A DNA stretch of 63,968 nt, counting the filler, from Squatina squatina (taxonomy: Eukaryota), in assembly GCA_031763465.1 (NCBI GenBank). It is 16 parts of one record of this genome, joined end to end, with 100 filler letters (N's around TTAATTAATTAA, not from the genome) between each part and the next. Parts side by side here need not be neighbours in the genome. Positions count along the whole stretch, not along the records: positions 48,612 to 55,347 come from JARFOE010000001.1; positions 55,448 to 61,810 come from JARFOE010000001.1; positions 61,911 to 63,968 come from JARFOE010000001.1; 13 more parts are not named here. One strand, written 5' to 3'. Position 1 is the first letter of the stretch, and every line of letters starts with the position of its first letter. Positions 52,756 through 63,968 of the stretch are shown here, piece by piece. Position numbers and translations under genes: made by a program. The notes under the pieces were generated by a model, which made no database searches, had not been told where the DNA came from, and saw only the letters and a program-made list of their open reading frames with translations.

Positions 52756-53854
52756 NNNNNNNNNNNNNNNNNNNNNNNNNNNNNNNNNNNNNNNNNNNNN
52801 NNNNNNNNNNNNNNNNNNNNNNNNNNNNNNNNNNNNNNNNNNNNNNNNNNNNNNNTGAACATTGTTCAGCAGTTGATTTTATTTTGGTGTGCTTACAGGG
52901 TAAAGTATATGGGCTTGTTCACTTACCTGCTTCTATTGGCTATTGCTGGAGTACATACTTGGCAGATAATTGGTGATACAACATTATCAAATGTAGGTAT
53001 CTGCGCTATTGATTTTAATTTAGCTTTGCATGTTGGTGGTTTTATAGAGTACATCAATTGGTTTAGCAATTTTGGAGCCTGAATGTACATCTTTACTAGC
53101 AGATGTCCTGTGGCACTGCTACTGTAAGTCCGAGGATACACTATAAGGACAGGAGTGTTGTTTTGCAATGCACATTGTGTCATTCTGCTAGTAAGATTAC
53201 AGTCATTCAATGTAATTAAAATACTTTTAAGTTGGAAGCACTTCCACCCAGATAATTCTTGTTAAATATCACGTCACTTTAGACACGTACACTGCTACCT
53301 GGAGGAAGTTAGAGTGAGACAGCTGTGTTCCAACTGCCAGTGTAAATGTTATTTAAAATGACATCGTTGCAACATTAATCATGGCATCTATGCACTCACG
53401 ATTCCTGATGATAGAAGAAACTGGAAGGCTCCAGGGTGAACAAGAGATGCACAAAGCCAGTGTTTGTAGTGCAACCCTGGAATGTGATGGGATTTGCTTG
53501 TCTCAGAACAGACACAAACTGCTTTAACATTTTCTCTCCCAAATCTATTCCTTTTGATATAGATAGTGAATCAGGGACCTTGAGACATCCAGCCATTTGG
53601 TGAAGGTGGAGTTTAAATGCGTAGAATACTGAAAAATACATTCCTTCAATTGCGCTCCTGTGCAATGAGGTACTCATGCGTCAGTTCAAGTATCGAGATG
53701 TAGGCTCTGATTCCGATTGATGTCTTGCAGTTTACATTCTGCTCTTGTACATTTTTATCTTTTTTAGGGAGGAGTACAGATCAGATTTGTTTCAAATTGA
53801 ATGTGCTCTAAAATGTGGGCACAATGATTTCTGAAAATGCCTTTTTCTTTCCAG

Positions 53855-54007
53855 TCTGTAAGAGCTGCATTGTGAAATACCTGCAGACCAGCAAATACTG
53901 CCCAATGTGCAACATCAAAATCCACGAGACGCAGCCTCTCCTCAACCTGAAGCTCGATCGAGTGATGCAGGACATTGTCTACAAACTAGTGCCAGGTCTA
54001 CAGGAGA
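53855..54007 (+). CDS. PCGF1: PCGF1 exon (153 nt), RING C-half
   Basis: ctttttctttccag|TCTGT...GAGA|gtaagt encodes (F)CKSCIVKYLQTSKYCPMCNIKIHETQPLLNLKLDRVMQDIVYKLVPGLQE; phase-compatible with flanking exons. Confidence 0.97.
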
Positions 54008-55067
54008 GTAAGTTCATTCGTCAGCCAACCACCATAGGCTTGCCTATCCCAGCCCCTCCAGCCTAGCGGTCAGAGGCTACGTGTGGCGGACCCTCCGTCA
54101 GATATGGCATAGAGAGGGTAAATGCTGAATGTACCAAAAACTTCAAAACGTGGGCCCATAATGGGGTCAGAGGCAACGGTCCCACTAAGATGCACTTCGG
54201 TTTGCGTGGTCTGTTTCTTTTAATGCGCGGCCCCTTTAAAATTCCTCGCAAATGTGGTAATTACAGTGTAAAAGCCGGAGAATGGCCTGTGCGGGAACTT
54301 GCAGATTACCGTGCGGCTACGCACTTTCACGGGAATACTGGTCAGAGGTCACAGGTATAGACCAGTGGAAATAAGTTTCAGTCAGATTTCAAAAGCAACT
54401 ATAACGTGAAAAGAGTGATAAATATCTAGAATAATGGGCTGGGGAGGGGATGGGGAGCAGAGATGGAGGCCAGAGTTCCTGCACGCCTCTCCACCAGTGC
54501 TCGTCCGGCGTGCTCATCCGGCGCACCCGTTCCCCCAGTCCAGGAGCTGCACTACTTTCCATTCTGGGCCGTTAACGCGCTCTGGGGGCACCCTAGCAGG
54601 ACCTGGCAGGACCTGATATCAGCCAAAAGAGCAACTCCTGCAACTGCATTCCCGCCTGCCGCCCATGGGGTCCTCTCACTGTGCAGGCCCAGCTCTGCTC
54701 CCCACCCCTCCCAATGGAATAAGAGCATACTGTTGGAAGCTGGCCTGGGACAGTTGGTGTACTGGAGAGGCGAGATTTGTTAGGCTGCACGGTTTCACTT
54801 CTCTTACAGTCGGCGTCTGGTTAAATTTGCCATGTTGACTCCCCCTACCAGGGGTGGGGAGCTGTCACAAAGCAGTGCCATTCATATCTCTATGACTCTT
54901 GAGCTCCCCACTGCACAGATACCAATTGCCTTGAGGCGCTTCCGTGTCCTCCAGTCAGTAAGGAATGCCGCCTAGTTTATATTCTGTATAAAGAGGCATC
55001 AATTCCCACCCCCCAAATCCAATTGCACAACACTGTTTAAACTGCATGAAATGTGTTCCTTTCACAG

Positions 55068-55139
55068 GTGAAGAGAAGCGAATTCGAGAATTCTATCAGT
55101 CTCGAGGGTTGGACAGGGTCATCCAACCAGTTAATGAAG
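55068..55139 (+). CDS. PCGF1: PCGF1 exon (72 nt)
   Basis: ttcctttcacag|GTGAA...GAAG|gtatgg encodes (S)EEKRIREFYQSRGLDRVIQPVNE, continuing the frame of the previous exon. Confidence 0.95.
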
Positions 55140-56105
55140 GTATGGAATAGAGAGACGGATTGTGGCTGCTTTTACTGCGCAGGGCTTAGACATAGAGAAA
55201 GAAAGACTTGCATTTATATAGCACCTTTCACAACCACCAGATGTCTCAAAGTGCTTTGCAGCCAAGTGTAGTCACTGTTGTAATGTGGAAAATGCTTTTT
55301 AGTGATGATTGAGGGACAAATATTGGCTCAGGACACCGGGGATAACTNNNNNNNNNNNNNNNNNNNNNNNNNNNNNNNNNNNNNNNNNNNNTTAATTAAT
55401 TAANNNNNNNNNNNNNNNNNNNNNNNNNNNNNNNNNNNNNNNNNNNNTGGCGTGTAAATGTACCCTTAATTCCATCCAGGTGCCACAGCAAACTAGCACA
55501 AACTAAAGCACGGGTTACAAGGGATTGATGAGTGGGGAAGTGAAGGAATAGCTCAGTACCAAATCTCATCAGAGCTATCGAGTTAACACTTGCGCCAAAA
55601 TAATGAGAATTGATGCTGGCTGTTTTATTCATGAATCAGGGTAACCTTGTTCAGACTCAGGCAGTCTGATGTAAATCTGCTTATTATTCAACTATTGCAC
55701 ATGGGATAAAATTTTGCACAAAATAAAAAACAGTTAGAGGGTCACCGTGGTGTGACTGATCAGCCGCATTCTGAGTTTATTGTGAGTATATTCACTCTGT
55801 AAGCATTTCTGCTGCAGGTTCTGCACTAGGAGGTGAACCTCATTTGAATTTTGTATTTCTCCTTCCCCAAGCGCCACGATGATTTCAGCCGGAGAGTGGC
55901 CCAGCTTGCAAGCCACTGCTTTTTTTTTTCTTTTTTGTGCAATCTCCATTCCAATTTCTTCCCTCTCGTTCCCAAAAATGCCACCTATTGGCTGGGGTGC
56001 GTCTCCCCTGAGTGCCAACCTTAAGTGCCCATTTATTACGTAAAGACCTATGTGCACAGCGGGCATCGACCGGGCCTGTCACAGCCAAGCCCAGCCCAGT
56101 TTGCA

Positions 56106-56189
56106 CCCGATCCGCGGTCGGTACCGGGGGTTCCCGATCCGCTGTCGGTACCGGGGGTTCCCGATCCGCTGTCGGTACCGGGGGTTCCC
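56106..56189. repeat. 27-bp GC-rich tandem repeat, 3 copies
   Basis: Unit cccgatccgctgtcggtaccgggggtt. Confidence 0.92.
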
Positions 56190-57594
56190 AAGCCATTGTT
56201 GGGACTGGGTGCACCTGGTAAAACGTGCTGAGCTGGTTCAGTTGCTCAGCTTTAAATTATGATGCAAAGTAGCGCTGTGNNNNNNNNNNNNNNNNNNNNN
56301 NNNNNNNNNNNNNNNNNNNNNNNNNNNNNNNNNNNNNNNNNNNNNNNNNNNNNNNNNNNNNNNNNNNNNNNNNNNNNNNTATGTTTCTATGTTTCTATGA
56401 TATGCTGATAGGATGAGATGAAGAGGGGTGGGAGGAGGCTCCTGTGGAGCATGGACATGTTGGGCCAATTGGCCTGTTTCTGTGCTGTAAATAGTTTGTA
56501 ATCTAGTGTGGGAGGAGCAGAGATTGAGGGGCTGATGAAAGGTAATCCAGTGTTTCAGGAGCAGAGGGCGAAGGCTGCGATTTCCCGCCGATTGCTCACT
56601 TAAAGCCATGGGGTGATTTGAATACTAGGATCCTGACCTTGAAGACAATGCACTAAGAGAAGTGGTTGATGAGGACAAAGCTGATAGGTGTTCAGGACTG
56701 AGTGTGGGAGAGAATCACAGAGACATGGATGTCGGGTGGAGGCTGGGAGGTTGGGGATGAAAACATTGAGCAAATTGTAAATATAGAGATCTGTTTTTAA
56801 ACAGAGAAATGTGTGTCTAACTGCAATTATACTTCAAACGAGGTGTTAATTTGAATGATCTTCCCATTTGCAGATGTAATCTCCCTGACTCTGACTCTTT
56901 CCCATCCACGCCCCGACACTGCACCTTCATCAGGAGTGGAGACCATCAACGAGAATTTGATTAATATGCAAATTCCAGGCAATAGCAGCTCAAGAGCAGG
57001 GTAATTAATCACTAGTTAAAACAAATTAATACATACATCAGTTTTGTCAGAAACACGCTTTGGGTTAATCGTCCGTAAAATTGGAAGTCCAAAGGATGAG
57101 GTGTGGAATAATGTTGTNNNNNNNNNNNNNNNNNNNNNNNNNNNNNNNNNNNNNNNNNNNNNNNNNNNNNNNNNNNNNNNNNNNNNNNNNNNNNNNNNNN
57201 NNNNNNNNNNNNNNNNNNNNNNNNNNNNNNNNNNNNNNNNNNNNNNNNNNNNNNNNNNNNNNNNNNNNNNNNNNNNNNNNNNNACACACATATAGACTTA
57301 GGCATACACACACAGACAAACACATAGGCCCACAGACACACACAAAGACACAGACACAAAGAAACACACACAGACAGACACACACACACAAAGACAATCA
57401 CATGCAGACACAGACAAACACACAGACACAGCAATCTGCATCACAGGACTTGTCCAGGAAAGGATTTTCTGCAGACACTCTCGGCCTCCTCAGCCAGACT
57501 GTAACAATATATCGCGGCAGTGTCAGTGTAACCTCATCACCGAGCTCTTTAATGTCTATTTAGCTTCCACTTAGAGAGAGTTTCAGATGTGTAA

Positions 57595-57859
57595 CTATCA
57601 TGCTATCTATTCATCTACCTATTTATCTATCTAACCCTGTGCCTCCACGTCCAACTATCCATCTATCTATCCTCTGACCCTATCTATTCATCACTCTGTC
57701 CCTATATCTCTATCTATCGATCGATCCAAATCTCTATCTACACCTCTATGTATCTCTCTCTATCTATTTTTGCATCCATCACTGTCCCTATCCTTCTGTA
57801 TCTTTGTCGGTCTGTCTAATATATCTAATCTATCTATCTCTGTGTGTCTGCCTATCTCA

Positions 57860-57898
<39 letters not shown>

Positions 57899-57960
57899 TA
57901 TATATCTATATATACACATACACACATGTATACATATATCTATATCTATATATATCCCTC
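57595..57960. repeat. (TATC)n and (TA)n low-complexity tract
   Basis: Visible tatctatc and tatata runs. Confidence 0.85.
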
Positions 57961-58019
57961 TGTGAGTATCTACTTACTTCTGGTATTGTTTCAGTCAGAA
58001 TACTACATTCTTCTAACAC

Positions 58020-58893
58020 AGAGGTTCTCAAACGTTATTTATTGTGTACACCCTTCCAGATCTGCCAGCTGCCCACATGCCTCTACCAGCAAACAAGTTT
58101 AATATTTTAACCCCTTTAATGCCCAAGCCTTGTAAAAAATGTACAAAGTATAATACACATATATAATTAGTGTGCGGTGATTGGAGGTGAGGGCGCTGCA
58201 CATCATCACTTCTGTGTGTCTGTGTTTCCATTGGTGCTTCTTGAAATAAATTAACTGCTTTATATTATAAATTCTCACTAAGTTTTTAAGCTTGGTCTGA
58301 ACAGCCTGTTACGAAAATGAAATAAACAAAATAATGACTAAATAAAATCCACCATTAGAGCATTTCTCCCGTGTACCCCCCAAAGATTCACGAGGGTGTT
58401 GCCATGGNNNNNNNNNNNNNNNNNNNNNNNNNNNNNNNNNNNNNNNNNNNNNNNNNNNNNNNNNNNNNNNNNNNNNNNNNNNNNNNNNNNNNNNNNNNNN
58501 NNNNNNNAAAAAAACAGGAAAAAAATACAGACAATTAATATATGTAAAGAATTGCACTCATTTCCCCCAACACAAATAACACAGATAAGAGGTCCTTCCA
58601 AAGAAGATACAGAAGGAATAGTCCGTATCCTCTTGTCTCCGTATCTGCCTGATCCTCTCGATAGATTCAAGAACGTGCAGAGATCCCATCGTTAATCTGC
58701 ACTTTAAAAAAGTTTTAGAAAGGACATTTGTTTTTTTTAAAAGAAGTTTATAAATGATGCACTTAATTCCATTTGATTCTTCCTCCTATTCATTTGCAGT
58801 TTGTTCCCTGTGTTGTTTAACCCCATTTCTCACGCTTATATATATATATATATATAATATATATTTTAAATATATATATTTGTTCGATCTCAT
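58020..58893 (-). other. Probable LBX 3' UTR with polyadenylation signal
   Basis: AT-rich sequence following the stop codon on the minus strand (contains one gap). AATAAA on minus at 58038-58043. Confidence 0.5.
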
Positions 58894-59223
58894 TCAATCG
58901 TCTACTTCTATTTCCTCGTCTTCAGAGAATTCGTCAGTAGTCTGATCTCTGGAGGAACACTGGGGCGAGTTGGGGAAGGGCCCGAGTCCTGACACCGGGG
59001 AGAGTTTGGGGGAAAGGTCCGAGGGGTCGCACTTGGAGCCGGCGCCGTCCTCCGGGAACTCCTCCATGTGCACCAGTTTCTCCAGCTGCTGGGGCGGCAG
59101 CTTCTTGAGGGATTCCACGTCGGCTTTCATCTCCTCCAGGTCGCGCTTAAGCTTGGCCCGCCTGTTCTGGAACCACGTTATCACCTGGGCGTTTGTCAGG
59201 CCCAGCTGCTGGGCGATCTGATC
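58894..59223 (-). CDS. LBX2: Ladybird homeobox gene, last coding exon (homeodomain C-half to stop); 5' part lost in gap
   Basis: DQIAQQLGLTNAQVITWFQNRRAKLKRDLEEMKADVESLKKL...TTDEFSEDEEIEVDD*. Family call is firm. LBX2 rather than LBX1 is inferred from adjacency to PCGF1. Confidence 0.85.
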   Translation of the reverse strand, partial: DQIAQQLGLTNAQVITWFQNRRAKLKRDLEEMKADVESLKKLPPQQLEKLVHMEEFPEDGAGSKCDPSDLSPKLSPVSGLGPFPNSPQCSSRDQTTDEFSEDEEIEVDD

Positions 59224-59323
59224 NNNNNNNNNNNNNNNNNNNNNNNNNNNNNNNNNNNNNNNNNNNNNNNNNNNNNNNNNNNNNNNNNNNNNNNNNNNNN
59301 NNNNNNNNNNNNNNNNNNNNNNN

Positions 59324-61714
59324 GATGATGTTGATGATGTAGATAATGATGTTCAAGATGTTGATGAAGATGTTGATGTTGATGCTGTTGAGGATGAAGA
59401 TGATGTTGATGACGATGATGATGATGAAGATGTTGATGTTGATGATGAAGATGTTGATGTTGTTGCTGAGAACTACAATGTTGATGATGTTGATGTTGAT
59501 GATGTTGAATATGATGTCGTTGATGATGTTAAGGATGATGATTTTGAAGATGTTGATTATGATGTTGATGACGTTGATTATGATAATGATGTTGCTGCTG
59601 ATATTGATGATGATTATGATGTAGATGATGGTGATTATGATATAGTTCATGATGATGAAGATGTTGATGATGTTGTTAATGATGTTGATGTTAAGGATAA
59701 TGATTTTGAAGATGTTGATGATGTTGAACATTTTGATGATGTTGAAGATGTTGATGAAGATGTTAATGTTGATGACAATGAAGTTGATAATGACGATGAT
59801 GTTGATGATATTGATGTTGATGCTGATGATGTTGATGAATTTGTTGATGTTCAGGTTGATGTTGGTGATTCTGATAATGATGATGGTGTTGATGATATAA
59901 ATGATGATGATAATGGTGATTCAATTGATTATGATGATGTTGAAGATGTTGATGATGATGTTGAGGATGTAATTGTCAAAGTTGATGATATTGATGATGA
60001 TGATAATGAGAATGACGATGTTGATGATGATTCTATTGATTATGATGATGATGTTGATATTGCTGATGATATTGATTATGATGATGACAACAATAATGAT
60101 GTTGAGGTTGATGATGGTGAGAATGAAGCTGATGATGATGTTGATGGTGATGTTGATGTTAATGATGATGTTGATGATGATGTTGATATTGATGTTGATG
60201 ATCGTGATTATGAAAATGATGTTGCTGTTGATGATGATGATGTTGATGATAATGACGATGATGTTGATGATAATGATGATGATGTTGATGATGAAGATGT
60301 TGATGATGAGAATGACGATGCTGATGATGATGTTGATGATGATGACGATGATGTTGCTGAAAAGATAATGATGACGTTGAAGATGTTGATGATATTGATA
60401 ATGATTTTGTTGATGTTGATGATGATTATGATGATGACGATAATGTTGTTGAGGTTATTGATAGTGAGGATGAAGCCAATGATGATCTTATGATGATGGT
60501 GATTATGTTGTAAATGTTGATGATGATGTGGATGATAATACTGCTGATGAAGTTGATGCTGAAGTTGATGGTGATGATGATGTTGATGACGTTGAGAATG
60601 ACGATGTTGATAATGATGATAATAAGTAGTTGATGCAGAAGATATTGATGATGATGTGGAAGTTGATGATGTTGATGAATTTGTTTATGTTTATATTCAT
60701 GTTGATGTTGGTGATTTTGATAATGATGATGATGATGGTGTTAATGATATAAATGATGATTATGATGCTGAAGATGATTATGATAATGAATAAAATTTTG
60801 ATGATGTTGGTAATGATGTTGATGATGTTAAAGGTGTTGCTGATGATGATGTTGAATTAAGTGATGATGATTTTGATGATGTGGAAGATGTTGATGAATT
60901 TGATGTTCATGTTGATGTTGGTGACTTTGATGATGGTGTTGATGATGTTGATGACGATATTGTAGTTGATGATTTTGATTATGATGGTGATGAATAAAAT
61001 GATGATGATGGTGTTGATGTTGATCATGATGAAGATGATGATGTGGATGCTGAAGATATTGATGAATTTGTTGATGTCCATGTTGATGTTGGTGACTTTG
61101 ATAATGATGATGATAGTGTTGATGATGACGATGATGATGACATTGGTGATGATGTGGAAGATGTTGATGATGTTGATGTTGAGAATGACGATGAGGATGA
61201 GGTTGATAATAATGATGATAATGAATAGTTGATGAAGAAGATATTGATGATGTGGATGTTGATGATGTTGATGAATTTGTTGATGTTAATGTTGATGGTG
61301 ATTTTGATAATGATGATGTTGATTATATTGATGTTAATGGTGTTGATGATGATGATGTTGATGTTGATGACGATATTGATGTTGATGAAGATATTAATGA
61401 TAATGCTGATGTTGATGATGTTGATGATGATATTGATGATAATGATGATGTCAGTGATGTTGCTGATGATGTTGATCATGTTGATGATAATAAGGATGAT
61501 GATGATGACGATTATGTTGATGTTGAGGAGGTTGATGATGGTTATGATGTTTCTCTTGATGATGAAGATGATGTTGATGATCAGGTTGATGACATTGCTG
61601 AATTTGATGAAGATGGAAGTGATAATTGTGCTGTTGTTGTTGGCACTGATGTTGGTGCTAATGATGATTTTGATTTGATGATGACGAGATTGATGTTGAT
61701 GTTGATGATGATGT

Positions 61715-61749
<35 letters not shown>

Positions 61750-61810
61750 TCAATGATGATGATAATGTTAATGATGTTAATGATGATGATGTTAATGATG
61801 ATGATGTTGG
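59324..61810. repeat. 2.5-kb degenerate (GAT/GTT)n trinucleotide tract
   Basis: Entire contig is gat/gtt/aat/gaa triplets with very few C. Confidence 0.97.
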
Positions 61811-62616
61811 NNNNNNNNNNNNNNNNNNNNNNNNNNNNNNNNNNNNNNNNNNNNTTAATTAATTAANNNNNNNNNNNNNNNNNNNNNNNNNNNNNNNNNN
61901 NNNNNNNNNNCACACGTGCAGAAGTTTAGAGGAACCGCACATTGAAAGGAACAAGCCGCGCAGAACACAGCGCAGCTTACAGGGAACATTGGTCACAGGA
62001 TGCAGAGCAGGAGCAGGAACCTGAACTGAATTTTGCCCGTGCCAGGTGAAAGGCGCTGAGGTTAATTCTAGGGCCTGTCCCACAGCGCGGGAAATCAACG
62101 CGGGACCTTGGGGTCTAAGTAAGAATTGAACGGTGACTAGTCTGTTTTTGGTAATGGGCAAGGACGCGCAAAGCAGGATTTGGTTTGGGAATTCTTTGAG
62201 AGCGGGCAAGAGCAATGAAGAGAGAAGAGGTTTTGATGGAGTGGAGTGAGGGAGATTAATAGATGACCTGCAAGGAGTTGGAATTGATGGAGAGACTTGG
62301 GACCAACAAATGTCAGTGAGAGGTTAGTAAAATGGACAATGATTAAGTGAGGACTGCGGTGAGGATGCATTAGTGCCATCTGGATTTTTTTAACATATAC
62401 GCTGAAATCCTCATCAAAGACAGTCTGGCTGACTGAGAACTATAGAAAAAGAGCAATAGAAAAATCCCCGATTTTCATCGCTCCACCATTGGTGGCCGTG
62501 TCTTCAGCTGCCTGGGNNNNNNNNNNNNNNNNNNNNNNNNNNNNNNNNNNNNNNNNNNNNNNNNNNNNNNNNNNNNNNNNNNNNNNNNNNNNNNNNNNNN
62601 NNNNNNNNNNNNNNNN

Positions 62617-63014
62617 CGTGCAGTCAGTTCTCTGTCGGGACTGTGTACGTGCAGTCAGTTCACTGTCGGGACTGTGTACGTGCAGTCAGTTCTCTGTCGG
62701 GACTGTGTATGTGCAGTCAGTTCTCTGTCGGGACTGTGTAAATGCAGTCAGTTCTCTGTCGGGACTGTGTATGTGCAGTCAGTTCTCTGTCGGGACTGTG
62801 TAAGTGCAGTCAGTTCTCTGTCGGGACTGTGTATGTGCAGTCAGTTCTCTGTCGGGACTGTGTATGTGCAGTCAGTTCTCTGTCGGGACTGTGTATGTGC
62901 AGTCAGTTTTCTGTTCGCCCTCGCTGGAAACCGTGACATTTGAGCAATCCGAAGGTAAGTGTCGGGACACCAGGACATTTACTAAAAAAAAACAGGACTG
63001 TCCCGGTCACCTTA
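62617..63014 (-). mobile_element. hAT MITE copy (reverse) with an internal 31-bp tandem expansion
   Basis: Reverse complement begins TAAGGTGACC-GGGACAGTCCTGTTTTT...AAATGTCCTGGTGTCCCGACACTTACCT, matching the 20177 copy. 62618-62908 holds 9 full copies of GTGCAGTCAGTTCTCTGTCGGGACTGTGTAY. Confidence 0.85.
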
Positions 63015-63968
63015 GCCTTGGGGACGTTTTACTATGTTAAAGGCGCTATACAAATGCAAGTTGTTGTTGTTGACGGCAGGTGAGGAGTGGGGGGAGGGGA
63101 ACCCTGGCCAAGAAAAACAAACCAATGTTTTTCAATGGAACTCTTGGAGAAGCGGAATGCGCTGTAACTTTAAAAGGAAATGGCCAAAGAGGAATCGTCA
63201 CCGTTGCTGATGAAAGGAGATGTCAGTGGATGGGGGGAGCGCGAGACGGTGGACCGGCCTTGCCAAGGCTCTGTCATAGAGAAAAACTTAGATGCTACAG
63301 CTGAGCAGCAGATGCTGGCAATGGTTTAATTGACTTGTTAATTCAGCACGCAGGCTCCTTGATGAGATCTGGCAAGGCCCCTTTTGTTACTTGCCCTTTT
63401 TTTTCCTATCAATTTTCCCCCCTCTCTTATAGGCAATGAATCCCTGCTAGGGCAAGACTTTAGATACCGTCTGTTCAGGAGTTCAGAGGGAATTTCAGAA
63501 CCTACCGCACAGCCAAATTCAGCTAACTTCGTCCAGTTTATGGATCAAGCGGACAACTTCCTGTGCTGTATGGCTAACCTACTCAATGGATAAACATATT
63601 GACCCATGGAGGAACCTTCACTATTTTGTTTCAATGAACAGCAGAAAAAAAGTACTCCATCTAATCAGCTTTCTCAATTGGTGGGCAACCAATAGCAGCT
63701 GGATCAATGTGTCACATACATACATACTTACAAATCAAAGTTATTACATATACTCATCACCCGGACTTTGGAGTATGGATAAAAAGGGCCACGATTTGAG
63801 CTATGCATTGAGGTTGTAACATTTCCTGCATTACAACTACACTTCAAAAGTACTTATTGGCTGTAAAACACTTTGGGATGTATCGTGAAAGCCACCTTAT
63901 AAATGCAAGTCTTTCTTTTTTTTATTTGCAACTTAGCTTTGGATTTGTGACTGCTTACTGTTTGCAGA

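Noticed and set aside
59346..61866. Met/Leu-rich and Ile/Asn-rich ORFs
   Set aside because: Alternative frames of the (GAT)n repeat.
62618..62908. 31-bp array (also the 28-bp and 27-bp arrays) as CRISPR
   Set aside because: Head-to-tail tandem units with no unique spacers, no cas genes, eukaryotic context.

Overview
Eukaryotic vertebrate DNA, most likely a cartilaginous fish (shark/ray), judged from tRNA-headed Deu-type SINEs, CR1/L2/RTE LINE fragments and the protein sequences. It comes from a very fragmented draft: short contigs separated by N gaps and by 15 artificial 100-bp joins (44N-TTAATTAATTAA-44N). Spliced exons of five recognisable genes were read directly: EIF2AK3/PERK (+, 2 partial kinase exons), ATRN (-, 3 exons), an EBF/COE factor most like EBF4/EBF3 (+, 1 exon plus probable 3' UTR), PCGF1 (+, 3 consecutive exons) and an LBX homeobox gene, probably LBX2 (-, last exon). 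This gene set links human 2p11-13 and 20p13 loci, but most exons are missing, so the window is a strongly compressed sample of a larger region. The rest is interspersed repeats, a hAT (Blackjack-like) MITE family (one copy with a perfect 8-bp TSD, another expanded into a 31-bp minisatellite), several minisatellites, a 2.5-kb degenerate (GAT)n tract, and AT-rich blocks resembling conserved non-coding enhancers. Almost all ORF-track entries are spurious. I found no support for a new biological system. Protein identifications are from remembered vertebrate sequences, not searches, and repeat boundaries are approximate.
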